DNA of 64,000 nucleotides from Chlorokybus atmophyticus (lineage: Eukaryota; Plantae; Mesostigma and Chlorokybus algae), in the NCBI GenBank assembly GCA_009103225.1, contig RHPI01000575.1, positions 295,527 to 359,526 on the forward strand, written 5' to 3'. The notes below the pieces were generated by a model, which did not search any database, was not told where the DNA came from, and saw only the letters and a program-made list of their open reading frames with translations. Of this stretch, positions 38,310-51,800 are shown one piece after another (the stretch's first letter is position 1; the number at the start of each line of letters is the position of its first letter). The translations under genes were made by a program, and so were the position numbers.

Positions 38310-39612
38310 CACAATAACGGTCTGTGATGTATATTGCTTATCCTATTATCAATGTGTAAGTACGCATGACATGTATGAATTGAAATAAGTTGTTGGCAAC
38401 AACTCTTTATCAAACATTATGATACAAATTGTTTTGCATCATGTAAAGCTGGTACACATGCATGCTTGTTTATGAATACGTGCAAATGCATTCATGTTTG
38501 TCAGTCACAATATCAACGACATGCGGAGGTACTTAAATCAGGAAATGCACCCATCATTACACTTGAGCACGCATGACAGACATCATGATTCAACCCCTGT
38601 TGTTTTCTTTCTCCTTTCCACACAACATGCAAGTATGCGACCGTTTAACACTATTATCAACTACAATGCATATCCAACTACAACTACTACTACTACAACT
38701 ACAACTACAATGCATACACGAGCGGGTCCGACATTACTGCGCGCGCTCTGGCCAAACTGGGGATCAACCGCAATTAGCGCTTGATAAGCAGCAATAACAA
38801 GTTTACATTTGCAACAACAAGCATAACAACACCAATAACAACCCTCCTACCCACCCTACCTTTACACTACTACCTAACGGCCACGCCAATGGTGTAAAAA
38901 AGTTAAAGCAACAACCATACTGTATGTGTCTGGCATGATATCANNNNNNNNNNNNNNNNNGGGGGAGGGGGGGGAGGTCTCACAATAACGGTCTGTGATG
39001 TATATTGCTTATCCTATTATCAATGTGTAAGTACGCATGACATGTATGAATTGAAATAAGTTGTTGGCAACAATTCTTTATCAAACATTATGATACAAAT
39101 TGTTTTGCATCATGTAAAGCTGGTACACATGCATGCTCGTTTATACATACGTGCAAATGCATTCATGTTTGTCAGTCACAATATCAACGACATGCGGACG
39201 TACTTAAATCAGGAAATGCACCCATCATTACACTTGAGCACGCATGACAGACATCATGATTCAATCCCTGTTGTTTTCTTTCTCCTTTTTACACAACATG
39301 CAAGTATGCGACCGTTTAACACTATAATCAACTACAATGCATATCCAACTACAACTACTACTACTACAACTACAACTACAATGCATACATGAGCGGGTCC
39401 GACATTACTGCGCGCGCTCTGGCCAAACTGGGGATCAACCGCAATTAGCGCTTGATAAGCAGCAATAACAAGTTTACATTTGCAACAACAAGCATAACAA
39501 CACCAATAACAACCCTCCTACCCACCCTACCTTTACACTACTACCTAACGGCCACGCCAATGGTGTAAAAAAGTTAAAGCAACAACCATACTGTATGTGT
39601 CTGGCATGATAT
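38310..39612. repeat. Two ~632-bp near-identical copies (38310-38941, 38981-39612) flanking an N-gap (38944-38960)
   Basis: Same sequence with roughly ten substitutions, offset 671 bp. Confidence 0.85.
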
Positions 39613-40430
39613 GAGTGGGGCTATCTGAGAACACATTTTATCATTGAGTGCGGCACATGCTGCTAATGATAGTAGTGTCTTTTTTGCATGCAAACGTTAT
39701 GGTCTACCAACGATTGAGCTCATATGCACCCTGCTGATCAAGTATACCTTGGGTTGATTAATTGATGGGTTGGTGAGTTGATTGTGTTTGTGCGCAGGTT
39801 GATCTTGTGCTTCATTTTTAAATGCGAATGCAATCTGAACTTCTACATGTACCTGTCACTCTGCGCACTTTGTGCGAGAGTGATCAATACGCTGGCATAC
39901 GCATTCACCAGGCAAATGCAATCTTAACGTCTGCGCGTGCTAAAGCCAGAGTGACATGTATGCTCGCCTACGCATTCTGCGAGCCAGGCAGTTTCAATGG
40001 CGATGTGTGTGCGCACGCGCACACTTTTAGTAGTACTAACAGTAACAGAGTGCACATGCAACGAGATCCTCCAATTTACTAGCATGTGGAGTTGCCTACT
40101 CAGTATACACACGCACGCACGCGCAACAGGACGGTAATAGAGTGCACATGCAACTATTTTCTAGCATGTGAAGTTGCCAACCCAGTCACACAATTCCGCA
40201 TTGCATGTTTTGTACACAAAGTGCGAGAGAGAGAGCTGCATTCAACAAAACGTAGCTGCACGCACCCGCCAATTCACGTCGTGGTAGGCCCACCCTCCAC
40301 AACACCTTTCCTGGTATGAGCCAACAATTCATGCTTGCTATGTACTCACCCGAGCATGCCTTCCCCGTCGCCGTCGCCGCCGCCAACAACGATGACATTG
40401 ACGCAGTCATGAAGTGCAGTCGTGTCAGCC

Positions 40431-42297
40431 ATGGCGGCGGCAGCGGCGGCGAGCAGGACGCTGAGGGATGACTTGGGGCAGGCGCTGGATGACGGCGGCG
40501 ACGACAGCAGCAGCAACCTGAAGAAGGTGCTGCTCGCCGTTGCCGACGCCGTCGCCCACATTGCAGGCAAGCAAGCAAGCGGGAAAGCAAGCAGGGTTTC
40601 GTCTGAGCTTGTTTGAGACACATGCACACACGTATGACTGAACGTACTCACGCTCAAGCATGCTGACGCATGCCTGCGCATGCAATCAAAACGGTAACAT
40701 GCAGGTGCGTTGAGGGGTGCTGCGGTGGACAAGGCTGGCAGCGTCAATGCCTTTGGGGACGAGCAGCTCGCCATTGACATACTTGCAGACAAAACGGTGT
40801 GTGTGTAAGTGTTTGAGAGAGCAGCAATATAGCATTGCACCCTCATGCTTTTGGGCAGGTATTTGAGAAGCTTCGGCAATGCGGTGCGGTAAGCGCAGCC
40901 GCAAGTGAAGAAACACCTCACGTTACACGCTTCGACACCGCTGCCCCAACCCAAGGGTGAGCAGTTTCATACCTACGTGCTAGCACCACATACACGAATA
41001 GTACTATACGTCTCAGCATTTCACCAGCAAGCAACTCAAGAAGTATACTGCTTGTGCTGCTTATGCTGATTACGTTACAGTTGGCAAAGTATTTGTACTG
41101 TTACGTTGCTGTATGGCATACTTTTATCAAACGAACACAAAGCGTTGCTGATTAACATACCTAAAAACAGCAAGGCAACGGCACATGATGGGAATCGCTG
41201 TTGTCTCCTTGCAGGTACAGTGTGGCATTTGATCCGTTGGACGGCAGCAGTGTGGTGGACGCCAATTTTGCTGTCGGCAGCATATTTGGCATCTGGCCCG
41301 GAGACGGCTTTATCAACCGCACCGGTACAATGCATGCATCAGTTGCATTGAAACGACGTTGACAGCGCGAGAGTGTCGTTGATATTAATCATATGATATC
41401 AATCGTAGTGCAGGGGCGGAGCAGAGTGCAGCTGCTTATGCTATATACGGCCCGCGCACGGTGTTGGTTGTGGCATTCGCAGGCAAAGTATGAGCATGCG
41501 CATATACACACTATCATTCGCAGTGTGTGCCAACAATGCAGCATTGTCAACAGCCGCAGCCTTGCAGGTGCACGAGTACGTGTTGACGGACAACAATGAG
41601 AAGTTTATGTTGGTGAGAAAAAACATGCGCGTCGCAATGGAAGGAAAGACGTTTGCACCCGCAAACCTGCGAGCTGCGGCGGACAATCAAGCCTACAGAG
41701 ACTTGGTGCACAGGTTAGGAAAGGCATATACTGAACACGCATAAGCGAACACACAGGCACGCACGTTCTTCCACACTCATGCACGTGCGCGCGCACACAG
41801 ACATGCGCACAAATACACTCACACAACCATATTTACACACACCAACATGCGCGGATGCGCGTCTGCGCAGATAGATGCACACATGCATACACACAGTCCT
41901 CCTCAGGTGGATGGACGAGAAGTTGACGTTGCGTTACACGGGTGCGATGGTGCCCGACATCCACCACATATTGACCAAAGGTCACGGCGTGTTCTGCAAT
42001 CCGGCCTCGCCATCCGCCAAACCCAAAATCCGGCTGCTTTATGAGGCAGCACCCCTCGCATACATCATTGAAACCGCCGGTAAGGGGATGTGTTAGTACA
42101 TCTTTTCTCTCACGTGTCATGATGCGTGATGTTGTTGGGCATTTGTGTGGTTTTCAGGTGGGGTTACTTCCGCTGGAAATGGTGGGTCCATTCTTGATCT
42201 GAATGTGAGTGACTTGGAGGTGAGGACGCCCGTTTGCCTCGGGAGCGAGCAGCTGGTGAGGCAGGCTGAGGATGCCATGCGAGCCAGCGGCGGGTAA
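40431..42297 (+). CDS. Sedoheptulose-1,7-bisphosphatase-like enzyme (FBPase class I superfamily), multi-exon
   Basis: '[16 protein letters not shown]', '[28 protein letters not shown]', 'AYAIYGPRT', 'TFAPANLRA', '[15 protein letters not shown]', '[10 protein letters not shown]', 'RTPVCLGS'. The first intron appears to be GC-AG. Confidence 0.9.
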
Positions 42298-44746
42298 ACG
42301 TAATGAAGTAGTTGAGTTGGCTAACAAAACTGTCATTGCTTTAGACAGTGATCGTATTGCTCACCTCGTGTGTGGTGCACTGTTGTTGGATATGTAATAA
42401 GAATCGTCCTAGAATGGTGACATGACAGTTGAGGTCTTGTTGGTTGGCGCAGATCTAGCAACCTTCTTGTGCCAAGTGGGAATGCACTCCGGCACAGTCA
42501 GCACATGCCCCTGTCTGATGGACTACTATTTTATTGCCCACAATATCATCACGCCGATAAGGTGTTGATTGTTTTCAACAGCAGTTGCAGCAGTCTGCAG
42601 GAGTGCATGAGCTGTCATGAGCTCAAACGTTGCATGTGCGGACATGAGCTCAGGGACAGTTCAACCGAAGGCGGCGCTGGACATCATCAGCGTGGGGTGC
42701 GGTGTATGTACAATGTGGTGTGGTGTGCGTGGATGCGGTGTATGAATGTGTGGTTTGTAGTTGCGTGTGAGTAAGCGAGACACACTATGCACACCCATAC
42801 GTACATATGCATCAGGCATGGATCGTAGGCAGTCGCACCAGGCACAAGGCAGGCTAGCAGGCAGACGACATCAGTTACACCAAGGGCCTACGCTAAGTGC
42901 GCTACGTGTACCAAGTGCAAATGTGGATGGGCAATAGGCAGCAGCAACAAAACAACCCTCTATTACCATTGATTTGCAAGTGTTGGCTATCACAGCAGCA
43001 AGCAGTATGTGAAGGACCAACCCGTAGCATAGCAATGGACACACTAGTATGCAACATCGTCACACCAAGCTACGTACTGTCATCCCTGCCTATCACTGCA
43101 CAAGCATACTCACACGCATGCCAGCGGCATGCAAGCACGCCTACACAACTACACTGCCGCAGCCGCCAGCACAGCGTCCGCTTCCGCCGTTGGCGCCGCC
43201 GTCTGGACCGGGCCCCAGCCTGGTACCGCCGCTACGACTGCCGCCCCCCGTTCCAGGATGGTGAGCATAGCGGCTGCTATAAGGACCCGGCAACTGGCAG
43301 GCAGCAGCACGACAGCAAGGTGGGGAGGTGGGGGAGAAGCCAGCGAAGCGAGAGTGCTGTGCGGTGCTGTGTAATATGACCGCCGCCAAGCGCTGTTAGG
43401 GTTTTGGTAAGAGGTCCGTCAGCCAGGCAGCGTGAGGCCAGTGTTGTGACGCAGCATGTATATGGTACAAAGATGTATGTAGGTGGGCTGCCATGTAAGC
43501 TGTCATCGCCTCTGCCTGCACCTGCCTCGCTGCAACTGTACTTGTGTGTGTACAGGATCAAGGCAAGGAGACTTTGGTTGTGCCAACTTGCAGTCCATAT
43601 GCACATGTGTGCAGTTCATTGCAAGTTGCAGCCGTCAGGGGCTTAGGCCAGCCCATTGTTCTGGTTCAAGTTGCTGTTGTTGTTGTTGTTAACCTTGCTC
43701 CCAACACCCATTGTTGTGGTACCACTACCTTGTACCTTGGCTTGTGTGCTGCTGATTGCATGCCGTGCTGTTTGGCTGCAGCTGTGCACACATTTGCGTT
43801 TCATGCTTATATGATTGCGTAGAGGGACGCTTTAGGGACAGCATGAGGTAGCCCACAAGGCAAGGAATAAAAGTTATCCGCTCTCGCAAAGTTGGTCAAA
43901 CGCTGGGTCAGCTGCAGTAGACAGACGCGGTTATCTTGTGCATAAAGGAATGCGATGCAACATTGTGGCATGCGTCCCCACCATTGGCAGGGGCTCTTCG
44001 CTCCCACTTGACAGAGTATTGTATTCTTCCGTTAAGATTATAAAGCCGGGTAGCTGATCAGCAAGCGATGCTTGCGCCCACACACGTGCATGCCTGCGCG
44101 CGCCTACACGCATGACCTCTATGCGGCTGCCCGTACACTTGCATGTAGCCCAACATACATGCTCACACACACGCATACACACGCACACATCATGGTCGTC
44201 GTGCCAGTGCTACTACGGCCGGCAAAGTGGTAAGAATTGAGCATGCCTGCATGCAGACCCCAACGTGGTATGGGCTGTAGTGAAGGTAGGTAGCTAACTT
44301 GCATACATAGCCCGGTGGTTATCAAACGCTGTTCCTGCGTTTGATGTGTGGTTTGCTCATATCTGTGTCATAAATGTCTTGTTGATCACAGTCTTTACGT
44401 ATATTCAACATAATCTTGCTTGTGCATGTTGATATGGCGTGTCACTCATTGCGGCAGGTTTGAAACCTAAACACACCGTCGTGCATGCATAACACGCGGG
44501 GTAGCTTCTCTAAGTTTGTAACGTGCCCTGCAAAAATTTTCAACATATTTCGGGAGTCAACGGAAGCAGGAGCATTTTTGACAATTATAAAATGTTTCAG
44601 TGTTTGAACAGAATTAGGTGAGGACTTCTATTAAACAAATTTGATCAAAGCTGACATACATGTATAAAATTTTGATGTTTATACAAATTCACAAGCAATG
44701 CATGCACCAACCATTTTCAATTGGTAAAACCTGCGCGCTCACCCAC

Positions 44747-45203
44747 GCGTATCTCAACATGCTTGCTGATGTGTTGCGTGCATTTGGCCCCTTTTTATAA
44801 AAAATTTGCTACAGTTTGCTGTATATAGCAGCTGTTATGCATGCACGTAGTGTGAACCATGCGTATCTCAACATGCTTGCTGGTGTGTTGCGTGCATTTA
44901 GCCCCTTATCAAAAAGTATTTGCTACAGTTTGCTGTATATAGCAGCTGTTATGCATGCACGTAGTGTGAACCATGCGTATCTCAACATGCTTGCTGGTGT
45001 GTTGCGTGCATTTGGCCCCTCTCCGAAAGGAGTTTGCTACAGTTTGCTGTATATAACAACTGTTATGCATGCACGTAGTGTGAACCATGTGTATCTGAAC
45101 ATGCTTGCTGGTGTGTTGCGTGCATTTGGCCCCTCTCCGAAAAGAGTTTGCTATAGTTTGCTATATAGGCTGTAGCAAATGTTATGCATGCACGTAGTGT
45201 GAA
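44747..45203. repeat. Tandem repeat, 4 x 114 bp (minisatellite)
   Basis: Unit starts at 44747, 44861, 44975 and 45089. Confidence 0.93.
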
Positions 45204-46198
45204 ACAACGCATATGGGTGCATTGCGTTTATTGCAAAATGCATGCCACTTTGGAAGTCTAGCTAGCCGCAGCTGACGTCAGATTCCTCTGCCTGTCCACG
45301 GGAGACGAACAACAACAAGGTGCCGGCTGATGTGACTTTGTAACGGGTTACGCCGAGTCGCCGTTCCGTACTCCTGAGTCAGGAGTCCTGACACAAGTTT
45401 CAGGGCGCGGCGGTTCAGCGCAGGCTCTAGCAACCGGCCAGCGTCCGGGCAACCAGCCGCTCAGCCGACAAAGACTCCCAGCAACGCGTGTATACCAGGT
45501 TATACGACTGAGCAACTTAGCAAAGTAACATTATTATTGTTCACATCAAATACCGACCGGTATGTGTATATGATGGCCGCTGCATCTGCAAATTGGCCGA
45601 TAGTGTCGTGCCCTGACAGTAAGGTACCATGGGATACGATAGGTACTCAATACCATGATAATGCAGGCCTTCACGGTTAGCTCTCCGCGTACAAGCGTCA
45701 GTAGAAGACTGAGTAGAGCGACCAAAAGAGTTGGATAAAGCAAAGATTGCGATATCTAACCGCAATTCTGACAGGTGAAGAAGCGCAGTCAGGGGAAGGT
45801 CAATAAACTGTGTAGAGTCGCACTAAACAGTAGTCAAGTCAGGCATAGCCCGAGTTTGCGATACATAACTGCCGTATTGCAAGTACGCCCTTGAATCCGA
45901 CGTCAGCAGTATTTGGATAACATACACTATGCTACGCGCAATGGCGTCACCATCGCCGTTCAATTTAAGCTTGAGAGCCCTCGTATAAAACCCCCTCCTG
46001 CATGCAGTATGAGAGCCTGCAAGCATTGCGCAGCAGAGCGTTGATACATTGCGAACAAAGCAAGGCAAAGCTTGTGTGGGAGTGCTTCTGCGAACTTGTC
46101 GCCTGAGTTGCTAGCAAGGTGGTTTGGCCTCGGTTGTGTTGGAATTGAGTGACTTGCAGCCAAGTTGACAAGAGAGAGCGGTTGGTACCCTCGCCAAC

Positions 46199-47316
<1,118 letters not shown>

Positions 47317-48839
47317 ACAACGGCACCAACAGTGGTGAGGAGTACCAATTGGGTGGAGATGCAAGCGTTAAGTGACTTGGCATTGAGATAAGCTGAGTCC
47401 CCCACTCTAAGCCAACCAGCAGGTTGGCATGTAAGTATTGTACTTTAGGGTATGTATGGAGGCGTAACAAGCAAGCATAGTTGAACATGGCTTGCCCTTG
47501 TGCCTTGAACGTGTACAAGGTACTTGTATCATACAGATTGGAGGCTTGTTCTTGCGTGGGCAGTCCTCATGCTTATACATATGGCATAGTATCTCTATGC
47601 TTTACATGCTGGAGGGCAAGTGTTGTTTTGCTTTGTGTTCTTTTTCACATTGTTTTTCCTGTACCCAGGCAACGCTGTTTTGGTTGCTGTCACAAGTGCG
47701 AATTGCCGTTGCCAATGCCAGTTTTAAGCAATGGCGCTGCCACCAGGACAACATGCATTGACTTTGACGTGTGCGACATGCACAACGCACCCGCAGTATG
47801 CATGTCGTGTTGGTCCAGTGCGCGTGTGACAGTTGAAGCAAGTTGCCGCCAAGAATTGCACACGCATGAATGTAATGCAGTGCAATTGGTATTGAGGACG
47901 TTATGCAGAAATATCAAGTGATCAAGTTGTGGTAGGACGTGATAGCTGTTGTAAACACCAAGCTGGTCCATGTCATTACGGCAGGGGCGAAACATCACAC
48001 CTGCTGCCCCGCGTTGACTTGGAAACGTGTTTGAGCAACCACAAGGGCACGCAACTGACAACATTGGCTGTGCTGCAGAGCCTCTGCACAGGTGTACCCC
48101 AGTAATTTGTTACTTGAACACTATAGAAATAGTAGAATTTCTGACAAGATAAGTTGCTGACATGTGCACATATGCACCACATTGCATATCTTCTACACGT
48201 ACATCCCCACCCGGCAATTGCTCGAACTGCATGGCTAGTGGCAACAAGCGCGACCAGTGCGGACTTGCTGCAAACAACAACAACAACAACAACGATGATG
48301 ACAATATCACGCCCCTAACCTCCACGCAAACATTAGGTGACAACAGCACTAGCTAAGTGCAACCAAATCATTGTTCTCCCGTCAAAAAAAACTTATTTAT
48401 TATTTTAACACTCCCTGACCTGAAAGAAGATCATGTCTGGGTCTGGAAAAACCGCAAAAAGGGAACAAACAGCTACATTGCGAACCCACTATGGAAGTCG
48501 TGGACTCGTCATCACTTGTTTGTGTCACAGCACCGCAGCAGTCGACACACGCACGCACCAGCCACACAGCGCGCCCTATATTCGTCGCGCAATGGCGGTA
48601 GAACATGGTCGTGGCTGACGGCGGCGCTGTACAGCAGTCACTGGACTGCCGTAACGTGTGGGTGTTGTACGCACAGTGTTCTATGGTATTCTACAATCAT
48701 TCTACAATCGACATACCTATATGACTACGCTGCAACGGTTAACGTGAATACGTCAATATACGCACTGGATAAATGAATCCCCTTCTCCCCTGTCTCTCAA
48801 ACCCACAACTGAGCTTTTGGAGGCAAATGCCATGAACTG

Positions 48840-51800
48840 CTATCCAGCTCCTGCCGGCGTCAATCTCCGGCAAGCCAACTCGTGGCTTCTTGTCAGCGCG
48901 CTGATAAGCGTTCGCGGCTCAACAGGTTTGCAAACATAGCTGCAAACACATCAGATAAGCAACGCGCAAGGCGAACAACAAGGTCACATGACCGACGGCA
49001 TGGGTGTAACCACCGCGCACGCGCGCATGTATATAAAGATCTAAGATACTACTGTGTGTGTATACATGTGCGTGTCTGCGGCCACATGCATACATACTGC
49101 GGTACACTTACAAGTCCATTCCAGCGGCCAAACACGCATCAATCTCATCACGCATGGCTGCCGCAGTCACCGCGACGATGACAGGCAAATTGCCCTCTTG
49201 CCTGATGGCCTGCGTGGCTTCGGGGCCGTCGCATAAAGGCTGCAAACCAAAAGATGTTAGTTGCGCACACAGCGCAACTACCAGCAGCAAAACCAGAAAC
49301 ATGCTACATTTCCAGTGGTCAACTAACACAACACATTCACATACCATGTGGTTGTCCATCAAGATGACCTGTCAGCCAGAGACCAGTCAGTGGGCCAGTT
49401 ATGTGCGTTGCAAGGCAGGCTTGTGCCCAAATCGACAACACCAGCACCCCAAACGTACATCATATCGCTGCTGCTGTGTAGCTGCAATGGCCTCCAAGCC
49501 GTTGGCGCAGATGTCGGATTGATAACCCAGCCTGGAAAGCATTCTTCTGAGCACCTGCTGGTTGATGACGTTGTCCTGCGCCGAAGTTGCTGCGTGTCAA
49601 AGCACGGGAAGAGAAGCGCACATGCAACACTCAACACGTGACTGTATGATCGCATTCATGGCTTCAACATTTGAACTCGTACCTCAGCAACGAGGATGCG
49701 AAGCGGGTAGCGAGAGGCCATTGTCTCATCGAATACTGGGATAGAGGCTTGACGTGTGTGCACGCGCGGCGAATTTGGTTTGCCGCTCAGCACGCATTGT
49801 TGCAGAGCATTGAACAACTGCGCACCGCCGAGTATGAGCAGCGCTTGTGAGAACATCCGACCATGTGCGCGTGAGCACACACACAAACACACCTGAGAAG
49901 AGCGCAGCGGCTTGAAAAGGTGCTCCGCTTCAGTGTTGATAGCCTCTTGGCGAACCCCGCCTTGGGGTGTGAGCACAATCAGCTTGCATGCAGCGCCCAC
50001 CTTGGCTATGTCTTGAGGAGTTACCACTTGCGCATCCTTAAGCAGCAAACAGCATGGCACATGTCAGTCGTGCACGCTTGTACCGATGCAAGGCTCTAAG
50101 TCATATGCTTGACACCGTCTGCGCACGCTTCACTTACCAGAATGCACGCAGCAGGACGCCGGTTTTGCAGCATATCCAAGGCATGATCCACGGATGATGC
50201 ATGCAACGGGTGGCAGCCCCATCGTTCAAGAAGCGAGGAAGCAACCCTTTCACTCGCCGGTGCGGTCAGCTGTGAGTGGTCAATAAATGCAACACAAGCA
50301 CAGCATCAGAGGTGATAAGAGGGACTTTCTGAGGAAGCCAAGGCATGGATGCCTTGGCTTCCTCCAATGGCAAGCATAAGAGTGATGGTATCATTACCAG
50401 CAGCACATGGCAGCCAGCGAAGCAGGCTATATGAGTTTGATCTGCACTCGGCCTTCTAACATCCCCTTCCTTAGCTGGGCCCACTTCCAACTTGACATTG
50501 AATGAGAATGTTGCCCCTGTACAGGGTGGTGTTAGTGTCACAAGACATAGTACCTTTGTTCAGCATACACGTCCATACAACGTTCAAGAGCTGGCTGCTG
50601 ACCTGGTTTCTCCTCAGGGTTGCTTTCTATCCAAACTCTTCCACCCTGTCCGTGAAGCATACATCAGTATGCATCTCATCAGCTGAACTCAATATCAGGG
50701 GCAGGCATGTACTCAGTAGTACGCTACTGTGTTGGCCTAGTGTACCTACCATCAGAGTCGCAAGCTTTGCACAGATAGCAAGGCCCAACCCTGCAAGAAC
50801 AGGTGACATGATGTGTAACAATAAGCCAATATCACGACACGATTGGCAACACAAAGATGGGATACAAGGCAAAAAAGCTATTGCGCCCAATGTCTCTCAC
50901 CTGTTCCTGCGAACCTGAACACGCATGCACGCACCCGTGAGTTGACACACCAAAAGGTCCCCCACACGCACTTCAAGTACATGCAATGTTCAGAACCAAT
51001 CAGCAACTCACCTGCGAGTTGTGGATGTGTCGACTTGACTGAAAGCAGTAAACAGCACATGCTGGAATTCTGGAGGGTAGTGACAGAAGGAGCTGAGCTC
51101 AGTACCAGATTGATAGTGCAAAGCACAGCAGTCTTATGTACAAGTGATGCGGTTTGTTCCACTGCACCTAGAGGAACGCCAATGCCGGTGTCGCGCACGG
51201 AAAACTTGAGGACCAACTCTGGCGCAGCTGGTGTAGAGGAGGATGCGTGCTGCTTGGTAGCCGCCTCCAATGCAAGTTGCTCATGATCAACTTCCACTTC
51301 AACGACAACCGCTCCTTCAGAAGTGAACTGTACCCACGGCGGTTCAGGCTTGGTCGCCACAATTGGCATTTGGGTGCTACATATTGCGATTATGTTCTGG
51401 CCGAAACGTACCTTTACTGCATTGCTGACCAGGTTGACCAGGATCTGAACATATGAAAGAGTCACCGTAAGCCTCAACGTGTTGTAGAAAACAGACAATG
51501 GTGCCACACTTGCAGTACTGCGTTGCGACTGAAGCTGCACACCAACCTGGCGTAACCTGCTGACATCACCGCACAGCGATGCGGGGACATCAGGCTCCAC
51601 ACGGTAAGCCAGATCCAGCCCTTTGTCAGCGGCTTGCGTGGCCACGAGATCCAGGCTATCTTCGACGCATCCAACCACATCGAACACAGACTTCTCCAAC
51701 ATCAGCTTGCCCGCCTCAATCTTAGAAAAGTCTGCAGATGACGCATCCAGCAAACAACATTCACGCACACGTTCAAGACGTAGCCAACACGACATAACCA

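Noticed and set aside
38310-39612. 632-bp duplication as a biological tandem repeat
   Set aside because: The copies flank an N-gap with poly-G, so this is most simply a haplotype or contig-overlap artefact. Long reads are needed.
43141-43389. Gly-rich minus ORF ending 'AGGCG', reminiscent of selenoprotein K
   Set aside because: No TM-containing N-terminus. A plus-strand donor (ATG|GTGAG at 43258-43265) suggests an unrelated exon that I could not extend into a gene.
48433-48618. 'MSGSGKT...LVITCLCHSTAAVD' resembling SF1 helicase motifs I and Ia
   Set aside because: Only 61 codons, an in-frame stop just upstream, and no further helicase motifs.
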